A stretch of DNA of 60,725 nucleotides, filler included, from Sphacelaria rigidula (taxonomy: Eukaryota): the NCBI GenBank assembly GCA_964200075.2. It is 7 parts of 7 records of this genome, joined end to end, with 100 filler letters (N's around TTAATTAATTAA, not from the genome) between each part and the next. Parts side by side here need not be neighbours in the genome. Positions count along the whole stretch, not along the records: positions 17,381 to 25,969 come from CAXNAA020010674.1; positions 26,070 to 34,658 come from CAXNAA020010675.1; positions 34,759 to 43,347 come from CAXNAA020010676.1; 4 more parts are not named here. One strand, written 5' to 3'. The position numbers and the translations under genes were made by a program. Below the pieces are notes generated by a model that had not been told where the DNA came from, searched no databases, and saw nothing but the letters and a program-made list of their open reading frames with translations. Positions 25,517 through 38,250 of the stretch are shown here, piece after piece (position 1 is the first letter of the stretch; every line of letters starts with the position of its first letter).

Positions 25517-25969
25517 TAGCGTCGTTAGCTTGTGCAGGTTTTACCACTTCTTCGCGTATGTGAGTATGCCCCCCGCTGCTCCTTTCCCACTGATATTCTA
25601 TCGAGGAATCTCAGTCGGTGGCCTAACCGCTGTGGCATACGAACACGAATACCCCACTCCCCGCCCCGCTCCACCCCACATGCTGTTGCCCTTCATGAGG
25701 CATGCAAAACAAAAGTACACCCTTCGCACATCAACAAGCAGTTTCAACAACCTCAAACGGCATGTACAGCACAATCAGGTACAGGCAGGCCACCATTTCA
25801 TACACATATCTATATCTTTGAGCTCCTGCATGCGTTTCGCTTGATCTACTTCCAAGAACTTGGCACTCGGTGCTACGCATTTTCATCACGCTTCATCCTC
25901 CTTCCCCCCCCCCCCATGGATGGTGGCCAGAGACGGCGAAACAGGACGGGGATAAGATATGCAAGAGGT

Positions 25970-26069
25970 NNNNNNNNNNNNNNNNNNNNNNNNNNNNNNN
26001 NNNNNNNNNNNNNTTAATTAATTAANNNNNNNNNNNNNNNNNNNNNNNNNNNNNNNNNNNNNNNNNNNN
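25970..26069. other. Artificial contig linker (3 of 6)
   Basis: N44-TTAATTAATTAA-N44. Confidence 0.98.
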
Positions 26070-29000
26070 ATTTTTTGGTATCGCCACTTCCCGAGACAGC
26101 CACAGCTTATACACTGCCTCATGGGTGTCTCACCATTCCCTAGACCGCGACGGGGGGCGACCTGCTGAATCGACATCAATTTTCACTTGAAGAAAGGATG
26201 CGTGATCCAGATGGACTACCCGCTTCGCGGTCTAAACGTTGAGAAGGGCCCTAAAACTCTAGCACTCTCTCTCCTTCACGCCGGCGGCTCAGATGCCGCC
26301 GAAGAAGGCGAGTCCCATTGCTCTTCATTGAAGGCGTCTGTCTCTCCTGTCCCTTTTCCACCCCATTCCAATGTAAGAAAGGATAGGAAAATTGGAGGCG
26401 CGATGCGAAGCAGAGCGATTTATAAAAAATTGGTCGCCAAGACACGGACTAAGTTCGTGCAGCACGACTTGTGGGCATTGTGACGAACCCAACCTGTGAA
26501 TGATGACAGACGATGCATATGTGTCAAATAATTTTACGAAGCATATACGAGGCAGGTGATGCAGCAGCGCTCAGTCAGAGCTATCTGAGGGCGCTTGTTA
26601 TGGATGTTTTTTTTTTTGTCATTTTATTTTGTATTTTTCGTCTCACCACTTTCTTTTTGTCGAAGAAAAATGGACAAAAATCACAAAATTTTGACCCTTT
26701 GTCTGAGCAGTGACACCACATAAAAGTTGTCTAGAGAGAAACGCCTTCCTCCAAAGGAACTTCCCGCTCCTCAGCTCATCTGCCTTGTGTCGCACACACC
26801 ACACCCCTCAGTACTGTACGATAACACAGAGATGGAACCCAAACGCTGGTATTTAGCCGATGACAAAATGTTTACTCGTATGGGTGCAGGGCTGGCCGCG
26901 GCGAGCAACCTTAAACTCATTGTTTTCGCGGCCGGCCAAGAACTGCGCCAGCATGTTTGTATGAATGTCCTGGATATGTCGATAGCCATGTGGCCATGTA
27001 GCAGCTGCTTGCTATCGAGAGGTAGTACCGCATCACACTACCATACTACTACACTGTTCTACAAGAGACTACAAGTATAGCACGTAGCGCATGCTGCTAC
27101 TGCTGTCTGCCATAGTAATCTTATATTGTAGCATACTCTTTATCAACTGTACGTGTACAACAGACCACGGGCACTAGGTGTAGAGTAGTAGATACGTGAA
27201 TACTCAAGTGTCACATTAACACTGCTGCCTGTTTTCTGAATACAGACTGAAGTGCACTATACTTAAAAAGTCTGCGGTCAAACAGTAGTGCTTCAGTAGC
27301 CTCCCTGCATCTATCCTACTACTGTACTCGGCGTGCTTCAGTAGCACATGTTCGTACTGCACTGTGTCACAGGTAACAGTATTAGTAATATTCCTGTATC
27401 GTACTAACTTGCTGTCTGTAGTGTAACTGATCTTGTAATTTCCTGTCTAGGCCGACATAGTCATGGACTTTTGTACCCCAAGTAGCGTGTTATTTCCCAC
27501 ATTCAACATCCATGCGTACAATACATGCACGGCTGGTGTGGTTTCGTCTATTCACCCTACCCCCCTCCTTGCCACTGTACCGTATTTATGCATGCCTGCT
27601 TTATTTATTTACTCATCTATTATTTTATTATTTTATTTGTCGCACTTTGAACCCCCCCCTCTTCCTCCGGACGCGTCCGTGGTCTAGTAGTCTCAAGAGA
27701 TCAAGCCATCTCTACTCGGTCTGCTGTGGTCGCATGATCGTACTTTGGTATCCGTAGTATCCAACAAAAACATGTCGTGAATTTCCCGGATACACTTTTT
27801 TCCCGCGCATCGGCCAAGAATAGTTGTGGACGGCTGTGATGGCGTAATGACGCACGCACATGATAAAATTTACTTTCGAAAACTCAACGGGGAGGCCTGT
27901 TGTCCTACGATGCCGCGAGATTCCGCAACTCACGTCCAACTTTTATTCGGAAAATTGCCATAAGAAGTGGTTGAAGCAAAATGAAGTCGCCTCTCGTCGC
28001 CAGAAATGTTTTGGTTGTAGAGTGATCTTTGTTCGTGGTAAGAAGTGGTCTGAGGGCCTGTCTTGGCACATTTGTTTCGTTTGAAAACATGCGGTGGAAA
28101 GAAGAACCTCGATCTGATATAGATTCACGGCATTTCTGCTTCTAGCTGGCTTCAAATGGTTCTATAGTTGGTGTGCGCCGACGAAAAGTAAAATGGAATA
28201 AAATCAAGCTTCTGTTCGATCGGAATATGCGGAGGAAAGGTACGAAGGGGCACTTGACTCGTATCTCGCAGACCATCATGCCAAATACCACCCTTTCATA
28301 GAACCATGCAAACCCCCACACAGCTCATTCTTAGCTACCACCGCAACCCCTGCAGCATAGAGCACGAGTTGAGCGCAAGGATCAATACATTGCAGCAGTC
28401 GGGCATGATGCGTTATTTTCTTTCGCGAAAACTTCAAAACCTGCTTGTTTTTTCCTCGCGATAACTTGAGCGTCTTTTTTCATGGTGGGGATCGGCGACG
28501 GAACTACTTGGTGGGGTGTACGACCGGCTTGCGTGCACACTCACGGTCAGTGAAAGCAGTACACAACCGCACACTGCTCAAGCGCTGTTCACGTCGCATT
28601 GCATGCAGAGAGTACAGATGATCGTGTGCTGTCTATACTGCACGTTGCCCGCTTCTTTTTCGCATCCCACTGTACGAAACACGTACACGCACTCAGGCGG
28701 TGTCTTAGCACATCATGTTTAGATCAAGAACATGCGGCGGAAAGGAAACAATTCCATATCACATGATATGCTGTCATTCTGCCATGCCAACCTCGCACAT
28801 GTTCAACTGACGGCCTAACAGATCGGAATTTTTTATTTCCCGCCACACTTTTTCGATCGAAACAAGAAGGTGCAAAAACACGCCCTCAGACACACTGTAT
28901 GCATGCAAGAGAGACAGGGGACATGTACCGCTTCAGCTTCACGAATGTCACTGGCTTTCTTCGATCGAACGCTTGCAAATTCGCTCGGACCCAACTCGCG

Positions 29001-30235
29001 AAAAACGAACGAATCCGCTCGAATCAATTCCACGGTACTTTTTTTTTAATCGAAAGAGAATGTACTATAAGTAAGGCCGTGTCTTGGCACATTCTTTTCT
29101 AATCGAAAATAATGAGCGGTGGCATCCATGTGAGCAAATTCGTGCATTTTTCGAGAGTTGGGTCTACGCGAATATGAAAGCTTTCGATCGGAAAAAGACA
29201 GTGAAAATTGTGAAACGGTGCTTGTGCGCCTGCTCAAAGTACGGGCAGTACTGTACTGTCTGCACTATTTGCATACAGTGTGGCTGCGCGTGTGTGTGCG
29301 TGTTTCGTACACAAGAATGCGAGAGATGCGTGTTTCGTACACAAGAATGCGAGAGAGAAGCGGACAACGTACAGAACAGAAAGCGCACGAATACCTGTAT
29401 GCTCTCTGCTTACGATGCGACGTGAAAAGGCCTGAACAACGCGCAGCTTTATAGTGCCTGCACTGTTATCGGTTGAGTTGCCATAATTTCACTTGAGAAT
29501 GGATGCAAGACCCGGGTTGCTCACCCTAGCGGTCAAGGGGTCAAGACGCGAGTAAGGTCTTGCTTGCTTGCACATCAAATCGTACAGTTCCTACGGGAAT
29601 GGACGGGGATTCCTTCTCGAATCTCACCAGTGATTCGTATGGGATGGATCGACGGGATGTGTTCTTCACCGGCCATTCATACGTCAGGAACCAATGGTAC
29701 GTACATGTTTCTCACCTATAGCGCATACAGCATACATCAAGCGTACAGACTACCCACCTGCAGTTCACGCGGCATGGATCATGAGTGTATATTTCATATT
29801 GCCACTTGCGATTGGTGCGAGATGAATCAAGCCCACAGTTTTCCCAGTCGTGATTCGTACAAGAACTGTGATCCGTGCATGTTCTGTACTCTTCATTATC
29901 TTGACCGTGTGACACTCACTATTCGAAGCACACACAATCCCGTTCGCCATTCGTGCGACATTATATACAGTACCTCGAACGTATATTGTTCTCATATTTC
30001 ATTTCGTACATTGTGTCTCTTCGACGTTCAACTGAGGCTCGACAGTCGTAACGAGTAAACTCACACTATTGTTGAGTCGTCCTAGTACTAATCGTGGAAC
30101 GTTTTACTATGTAACAGCAACAAGAAAACAGTAGTGCGAGGTGGCCGATATACCGTCTTTTCCGCGTTCTTCACCCACCTTCTGACACCGCCCCCCCCCG
30201 CTCCCTTCGAATCGCATTGCTATCATTTTTTCAAG

Positions 30236-33200
30236 TTCTACACGACAGTGGGCTACACGGAAGCCGGAGCAAACTACCCGTGGTATGGTTTCACAGTGGG
30301 TGACTCTTCTCGCATCTACGCGGATTTCCAGCAATTAACAGGTGCCACTATGTGTAATGCTGCCTGCCGGAAATTGGCCACGTTACACCATATGGCGTGT
30401 ATGTTTTTTACGACGAGGGAGGGCAAGAAGGAGGCGTGCGTGCCGTCAAGAATCATGTAATGATTGTTGTTATGCGTGGATGGACCGCGTGCTGTTTGGG
30501 CCGCATCAGAATTTGAACACCCCAGGATCGACGTTTGTCAAGACCGCTCGGTCCATTCCCTGCAGCGACCGCGCCCCTGACCCTAACCCTAACCCTAACG
30601 CTAACCCTAGTCATGGGGGTGTTTTAACTCCGGTGAATCCCAAAAAGCACGAGGTTCTCCCACGCGTTACAATCATGATAAATTTCAAGCTGAGTATGCG
30701 AGCAGCGGCATGCAGTGCGTATAGACGCGCTAGGAAAGACGTCCTACAGCGATTGCAAATGTCCCTAATCTGCGACGAAGTTTGCAGGCGAGTGTGAATG
30801 CGAAGTGTTACAGGTGCGCAGTTTTCCCCACCAAGCCAAGTCCCATCCTCCCGCGGGTCACTTCGCTCCTTGTCGTTGTCACTGCTGCCCAGGAGTGTCT
30901 GCATACAACCCTTCTCAAGATTTGAGGTCCATGGTGCATCGCTTGGTATACAAAGGGCAGAAATCCTTCATTGCCGTGGCGCCTCGGGAGGAGACGGAGG
31001 CTGAAGGTCTTGCCGCCGAAGCGTTCGTGGCTTGGCTTGTGCACGAGCTTGGAGGACCTAAAAGGTGCAGAAGCATGCGAATCGGATTGGATTGCCCTGC
31101 GGCTAATGTAGTATGTGAACCAAATAGCAGATGGCATGAATAAAATTGTGATGCATGAGCGTGCGTGGTTCGGTCCGATTAAACTCTTTGACCGCCAGTA
31201 TAGATAATCTGTTGAATCAGCATGAAATCCACCCGAAAAATGGCTGAGTGGCCCGATGACCTACCCTCGCGGTCAAAGGGTTGAGGTGGAATCCAGTATG
31301 GGCGATGTGACAGAGCGCAAGTGAACATGTTTCAACGGATTGTCCTTGCATGACCGTGAACTTCTGAAGGTGGTACCTATGACTGTCGTGTGCTTGCGTG
31401 CACCGCGGTTATCATGTTCTTTATCGAGCGCTGGTATGTTGCGCTGCCCAGCGGCGGACGGTGGGCTCGCACGTCATGAGCAATGTCCCAGTCTTGAGAT
31501 CTTGAAAACTTCCGTCAAATGGTGTGCATGGTGCTGTGCAGCTGCACAAAGCAGACTGTGCGGAATCGCGGATGGCGTATACGCGTAGCGATTTCCATGT
31601 CCTGCATGAAAGGTTTGTGCGTCTTGGTGTCTGGCGGTGCGTAACGAGCTGTCACGCGTACCGGGTAGTATGTGTAGACTCACTTCTGTCTTCACGCCCT
31701 GCCTGTACCGAGGTGTTGTATCAACAAGTCAGCGAGCGTAAGGCATGTCTCAGTAGATGTACTTTAATCGAAATCCAAGATCCAAAATCCAAGATCCAAA
31801 ATAAGTAATCTCCCGTGATTGGGCGGTAGGTCTGAACAGCATCTAAACGGCTTTCGATCTCCAGGGACCCCGGCGAAATGCAATACACGCTCAAGTTCGA
31901 AATGATTCACTTATTTTTTTGAAAGGCGGTGTGATCAGCGTGGATGACCCTGTGCGCATGTGAGATTTGATTGATCGATCGATTTATTGGCGCACTTTAA
32001 CTGGCCCCCCAGGGGCCCAGCCGTGGTCTCGTGATAGACGTACCCAAGGAAACGAAACTGAAACACGCTCTGAAGAAAAGAAGGAACAGAAAGAAAGAAA
32101 AAACAAACTCGAACAGAACGACACAGCAGAAGCCCCCAAGATGTCACGCAGATGTAATCTTGTGCCAAATATTCCACGGCATACGACATCGCGTACAGGC
32201 ACTTTCAATATAAATCGCACACGCCCGTAGATAGCCTGGCTCCGCTACAATACAAGGTCCTTTGTTCCTTTGAACGACTGGTTTTTGGCTTAGCTCTAGT
32301 GTTGAGCGAGCATCAACAGTGTATATAAACACTTTGTTTTTTTTCCGGCCCAGCCCGAAGTGTGTGTTACTTTTGGCATTACTTGTGCCGTGCTCTTTTG
32401 CAAAAACAGTCATCGCAAGCTCACTTGTCGACGGATCGCAGGCAAAAAAAGTACGGTACATCGAGCGTGATTCAGGAAGAGCTGTCGTGACAGCTATCCA
32501 GCTCTGCCTGGATTGCAGTGCGACTCTCTTGGTCAGCGTTTGAACCACTTTGATGGGCTGTGATTTGCCACCTGCTGTGTTGCTGATAGGCGCTGCGAGC
32601 CCAAATATCGCACATGTCCGAAGCATTTGCTTGCATTCCTTGCCAGTGCTGGACCCAGATCTGAAAGTCGAATTGGATTTGAATTTGGATTTCAATTTGA
32701 TCCTATTTTCTCCAAGACAAAGCTTATCGGAATTCAAAGGGAGAAGAGGCTGGAGTCGTAGCGACCATTATTGGTGCGGCCATGTTCTTGAGCTCTGAAT
32801 CGGAGGTTGACCGCAACAACCAGTGGCCCGTGATCGGGGGTCTGAGAATATCTGCTTATGAGCCCTACTTTGAGGGCTTGTTTCGATAGACCCCCGACGA
32901 AACGGGTGTCAAATAATCAGGGTCTTGTGTTTGACGGATGGATTAGTTTTGAATGCATGCCTGGGGCCTTGGCGTCATGCTGATCCTGCGAAGGTTATTT
33001 TTTCTGATGCTGTTTTGAAAAATAAGCTCATGCACGTCATGAAGTCTTCGGTAGTGGTTTTGTGTGGGGATGACCCTCCCTGTACGGACAGTTATTTCTG
33101 CCCCGGATATGACCGCAAACGTCTTATGCTGCCTCCTCGGTCGTTCCCTTCTCTTCGTGCTCCCCAGTGTATACGCTCCTGGCGTTCGTTTGTTTCCGTC

Positions 33201-33522
33201 CGAGCAAGCGGTGATTGACTATGTGAAGAGCGCGGATTACGACAAAATTCCCTCAGCAGAAAACGCAAAGAGGGGCGCAACCGCGGGATACCCCGTTGCG
33301 GAACAGAATGGGCTAGAGAGCGACACGGAGTTCCTGGCCGGCATGGAGGGGGGTGATGACTGGGGGGACGCAGGCGGGGGGGGAAGTGGGGGGTCGAATG
33401 GGGTGAATGAAAAAGTTGGCATGGCGGTGATATTTAACGAGGCCCCCGAGAATGGTGGAATGTCGTGGGACTACACCCTCAGGTTTAACTATACCTATGG
33501 TGTGTCTCAGCTGCAGGATCAG
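30236..33522 (+). CDS. Partial ABC transporter subfamily A (ABCA) gene, first exoplasmic domain; exons 30236-30341, 30893-31064, 33168-33522
   Basis: Phase-consistent GT-AG introns (1,2). Translation includes KSFIAVAP...AEAFVAWL...VRLFPSEQAVIDYVKSADY...KVGMAVIFNEAP...SWDYTLRFN, matching the IAxAP / FxSExxxxxY / AVIF / WxYxLRxN pattern of ABCA ECD1. No ATPase exon lies on this contig. Confidence 0.72.
30468..30671. mobile_element. TGT...ACA telomere-repeat MITE, copy in an ABCA intron
   Basis: Same family. Contains CCCTGA CCCTAA CCCTAA CCCTAA CGCTAA CCCTAG. Confidence 0.82.
31184..31280. mobile_element. 97-bp piggyBac-like MITE in an ABCA intron
   Basis: taaa|CTCTTTGACCGC...GCGGTCAAAGGG|ttga. 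The internal ATCTGTTGAATC is shared with the 39391 copy. Confidence 0.65.
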
Positions 33523-34658
33523 GTAAGTTGTCGAGCTCCTGCTAGCCGGTACAAAATACCATCAGTACGTGGTGCTCTAAAGACTGTGGTCGTTCATCTT
33601 ATTTCGGAACCATTTCGGTGTGAGCGAGGCGAGCCGTGCGGGGCGCAGCCCATCCACGGCTACAGGTATCATTCTACATGGTGTTCGACTCGAAATGGTC
33701 CAACGTTTTTTCACCATTTGGCACTCCGTCATTTGTGATGAGTGTTGAGTATCGGACGGATGTGCTTCGAGATGTAGCGCATACTCTGTGGCCGCCTACT
33801 GCGCCTGAGCTTTTATTTCCTACAGCGTTACAGTATATTCAACTTGATGATGTGCAGCCGCTCAATTGGCAGAGGGCTAGTGAAGCGAAGGCAGTACGGT
33901 GAAGTATGATGTATTTATGGCGACTGCTTGGATTCTGTCCTCTCTGTAGAGACGCTTATCCGGACGTGTTCACGGCCCCAACCGTTCCCTGGGAATTGTT
34001 GAAATGCGCTCTCGAGAAAAAATCATCACTTGTGTGAGTACCAGTGTAGTCCACAAGTCTTACACGTGTCCACAACCGCGACGGGACCGTATCTCCCTCG
34101 GCATATTTCCGACAATATCTTGTGGATCCCTCCGCTCCGTTCCATGAATGTTCATGTCTCCGGCATACTTCCGGGAACGTTCCCTCTTGAACACTAGTCT
34201 GTCCTCTCGGGTCATTGTCTATCCCGTCCCCGGAGTAATAGTCATACTCCACAACTGGAGGTGGCACTTGTCACGGTGCCCCCTCGAGGCACTTCTCATC
34301 TCGACCCTGGGGTCTCTCTCCATACAAAAACGAACTGTCTAGGCACGCTCCACGGCCAAATCCGTGGCTCCCGAGACTATTTTCCCCACACCTAGGGGTA
34401 GTAGTAAGTAGCCTTATGTGGAGTAATTTATATTAGCGACGTCATGGTTGTACACGTTGATTCAGTGGAGTACTTACATGGTCACATGCTGACATGCTGA
34501 CGACGAAAGGCATGAGAGTGTCCCAAGCATTGAAGGCACTATGTGCGACTATGTCACTCTTCTTCGTATGTTCCCTCGCCCCCCTCTTCTATTAGGAGTA
34601 GGAACGGTGCTCCGTCTCGAAAGGGATGCGTGGTCAATGGTCAAACGACTAAGGCAAG

Positions 34659-34758
34659 NNNNNNNNNNNNNNNNNNNNNNNNNNNNNNNNNNNNNNNNNN
34701 NNTTAATTAATTAANNNNNNNNNNNNNNNNNNNNNNNNNNNNNNNNNNNNNNNNNNNN
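34659..34758. other. Artificial contig linker (4 of 6)
   Basis: N44-TTAATTAATTAA-N44. Confidence 0.98.
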
Positions 34759-36138
34759 TTCGAAATACCCATTTATGGGATTAAGCAAGTAGGCAAGCAA
34801 TGATCACGTCTTGTGTGCTAAAATTTATTGTAGGATGCCGGGATGGTGCAGAGTGAGGCTGGCCTTTGTGTTCTCAAGATAGAGGAAGCAGGAGACGTGC
34901 GTGTAATTTTAATGGTTCACGTGGATGACATTCTGATCAGTGGTGCTGAGGAAAATGTGCGAAAGGTGGGCAAAATTCTGAACAAGTAAATCCCTCACTA
35001 ACAATCTCGGAGAGGTCACATGGTACATGGGGTATACGGTGTACAGACATTGGGATAGAGGCACGCTGTCGGTCACGCAAACGACGTTCACGGACACGCT
35101 CCTCAAGCATTTTGAGGTGAGGGGGTACTCAGAAATATTTGCCTCTGTTTCTGTCAAGTTGGACCGACAACGGGTGAAGACGCAGTGATGGATCGTCCAT
35201 ACCGTAACGCAGTGGGGAGACTGACATGGCTGGAAACATTCAGTAGACCAGACGTAGCAAATACGGTACGAGCCCTCGCTCGCCAGTCACATGACCCATG
35301 CGAGAGGCACTGGGAAGCTATGTAGGTGCCGAAGTATCTACTGTTCCTTGGCTCAGGCTCAGGGTAATGGTTTCAGATCTTTTACTGAAGAGCACCCAAG
35401 TTCTACTATAACTTGGGAGAGTGCTGATGAGATGGAGGTAGATGAATGAGAAAACTCAAGGGAGGCGGACTGCTCCGCTGCTCTCAGCTGTACTTTACCA
35501 CATTTGCACACACTTGACTGTCGGTACTCGTACTTCACCCCGACCCCCGGTTCTACGTAGATCTAGCATTACTGGGTATCTGAATCACTCGAACATCTAC
35601 ATGGGACAAAGGAATTTGGACTGACGTTCAAAAGAGATCACGACAGGCCTTCAGGTTTCTGTGACGCAGACTACGCTGAGAAGGAAACAGATAGGCCTTC
35701 AGTCTCGGGGGTAAGCTGTGATATATGATGGTTTGGTAGTGTCAGCAACGAGTCGCACACAACATTGTGAGACTATCAACCACGGAGGCAGAGTATGTCG
35801 CAATGGCCAAGGGGGCAGAAGAGGGGCTGTTTATGACGGCAGTGTTGACGTTTTCGCGACCTCAGACTGTCTCGGGGTGTGGGGAGGACCACGGTATCGT
35901 TTTGTACGAGGACAACGAGGGAGCCAAGGCTCTGGCCGGAAACCCTCTCAGTTCCGAAAGAAGTTGGCACATCGGTGTGAGGGATTGTTTCATTCGAGAG
36001 CTGGTGAGAACGGGGAAGATCAGGGTCATTCATGTAGATCCAGGATGGCAGGATGACGATATTTCGACGAAGCTCCTCTCGATCAACTTATTTGCGAGGC
36101 ACAGGTGGGTTTTGATGAATTCGGAACGTGACAAGTAA
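34759..36138 (+). mobile_element. Decayed Ty1/Copia pol (reverse transcriptase + RNase H), interrupted by a solo LTR
   Basis: PIYGIKQ (YGLKQ motif), MVHVDDIL at 34912-34935, YRNAVGRL..SRPDVA, KYL/HGTKEFGL, GFCDADYA, STTEAEY, YEDNEGA, HIGVRDCFIRE. Contains stops and frameshifts. A purine tract AGAGGGGG followed by TGTT at 36423-36434 may mark the 3' LTR start. Confidence 0.93.
35342..35595. mobile_element. Solo LTR (254 bp) inserted in the Copia RT
   Basis: Ends TGTTC...GAACA. Perfect 5-bp TSD TCTAC at 35337-35341 and 35596-35600. Removing it restores AAG TAT CTA CAT GGG (KYLHG). Confidence 0.88.
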
Positions 36139-36501
36139 ACATGTTTTTGTGCATATCCTTGTCGTGCTTGCTCCGGGCATCTTCGGATCTTTATACAGCA
36201 TTTTTACGCATGTTGGGTCAAGGCGCCTACGCTATTTTGAGGGGCATGGGCTTTGTAGGGCGTTTCCTGATATGACTTATATCTGCCGTGACCGGCGTCC
36301 ATGAATGATCCAGATGGAGTACACGTAGTTGAGGGAAGGGGAGTTTTGCTCGAATGGTCGGGTTTCTTCCTCTCAATTTTCTTTTTCTTCAGAGACAGCC
36401 ATGGCGACTGGTGTACCAGTTCAGAGGGGGTGTTCATGTGAGCAGGTACAATGCGTGATCACCTACATGTACGAATAGATTTCCCCGTCTTCGGTACATG
36501 C

Positions 36502-36712
36502 TGTAACGCGTGAGAGGACCGCGTGCTTAGAGGACCGCGCCGTAGTTCAAAACACCTTAGGATCGACGTTTTTCAAAATCAATCGGGCCAGTACCTGCAG
36601 GTACGACGCCCCTGACTATAACCCCAACACTAACCCTGACCCTAACCCCGACCATAGGGGTGTTCAAATTCCGATGCGGTCCTCTAAGCCCGCGGTCCTC
36701 TCACGCATGACA
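36502..36712. mobile_element. TGT...ACA MITE with internal telomere-like CCCTAA repeats (best copy)
   Basis: ~37-bp TIR TGTAACGCGTGAGAGGACCGCGTGCTTAGAGGACCGC. 5-bp TSD CATGC at 36497-36501 and 36713-36717. Confidence 0.88.
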
Positions 36713-37264
36713 CATGCTACGATACCTCATACATATTTTGTGTGTACTTGCTAGATAGATTCAGATTTCCTCTTCTTGAGCACATTTTTCGCTGTGGTTT
36801 TTACGACGCCGATACACTGCGGTTGTACACATCGCACTGTGAAGCGTGTATAGAGAGGGTCCGCTCGCGAGAAACGCAGCTTCAGCTCCAGGGTCGACCC
36901 TCAATTTCATATCATTGTTACAGGTTGTGATCCAGGTCAATCCTACTTACAGCAACACTTTTTTTCTCACACAGCCCAAACCGTCCAACCCGGGTCTCTT
37001 CATAAGGGTGTTTCTTACATTGTCAGGCCCGTTATACAACCAACGGCGCGTCTGTTTTAGAAATTATGGTTTAAGCCCACATTGCGGCTGCTGCAGCACA
37101 CCAGCTCGTACGCCCGTCAAGCACCCCTTAGTTCGAAGAACTACGGTCACCGTTCATTCACATACCGTTCACTTACATAGCAGTACGACTCATGCTTACT
37201 CGACACTCTGCACTGTAGGTAAGCAAAGCACCCACCACTGCGTACTTATGTTTTGTTTTCGCAG

Positions 37265-37546
37265 TTTGAACCCCTCCCGTTTCTCGGGACGAGTCCATGC
37301 TCTAAAGGGATCAACCCCTTTCTCCCCCCGGTATATGCCTACATTCTAGACTCGCGGACTGGGTCAGCACTCCCTCACCGCGTCAACTCACGTCACACAA
37401 ACCCAGTCGACTACTTTGTTTACTCACGTTCTCACGCTTTCCACGGTGGAAATAATACATTACAAAGAAGAAAACCAACGCATCGGGAACCGAACCCTCG
37501 TTCTCTCCGCCCTAATGGCGACAGTCGAACCATTACACCCCCGGGG
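37265..37546 (-). mobile_element. tRNA-derived SINE-like repeat (second copy)
   Basis: The minus strand begins CCCCGGGGGTGTAATGG...GGTTCGGTTCCCG. It shares GTGCTGACCCA.TCCGCGAG and GGGGTTCAAA with 57078-57360. Confidence 0.75.
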
Positions 37547-37850
37547 CGCGGCGACCTATTTTACTCTACTCTAAACACACTATATGCTACACGTATATGA
37601 ATGCCCCGGCAAAGTGCTCTACTCAAAGCAACACTCCATACTGCACGTATATAAATGCCCCCACAAAGTGCGCCAACACAACAAGTAACCCCGACATCTC
37701 CCTCACGTGTCGTTCAATAATCTCTGTCCGGATTCCTATCGACGCTTGTCTGCCAGGGATCAAACGTATGTCGCGCCACCTTTTCGTTCAGGAGAAAAAT
37801 CGTGATGCGGTCGATGGCAAGCATGTACCGTATGTACCTCGCATATTTTC

Positions 37851-38250
37851 AAGGGTCTCGTTATTTACGTCAAGGTTGACGTAATATGTTACATCCGTCA
37901 ACGAAAAGTATCCGTCCCACAAGCCCCGCATGGACACCGCAACACATGGAAAACACTCACAGTCTCTAGCTATCGTTCAAGCCATCGCACGGAGCAAACG
38001 GACCTGTAACGGATGAGATACATGCGCTTGGCAAAGTGAGCGCTCTTTTGGCATGCCACCATGCATCATGCATGTATGTATCTCATCCGTTACGGGTCCG
38101 TTTGCCCCGTGCGATGGCTTGAACGATAGCTAGAGACTATGTGAGTGTTTTCCATGTGTTACTGTGTCCATTCGGGGCTTGTGGGACGAATGCTTCACGT
38201 TGAAGGATGTAACAGATTACGTCAACGTTGACGTAAATAGCAAGACCCTT
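37851..38250. mobile_element. Foldback element, ~175-bp inverted arms with ~50-bp spacer
   Basis: AAGGGTCT...GGATGAGATACATGC and GCATGTATGTATCTCATCC...AGACCCTT are reverse complements. Confidence 0.88.

Noticed and set aside
30575..30610. True telomere or chromosome end
   Set aside because: Only a few degenerate CCCTAA units, internal to a MITE in an intron.
32144..32737. 197-aa minus-strand ORF
   Set aside because: It has no recognisable motif, lies antisense within an ABCA intron and overlaps low-complexity repeats.
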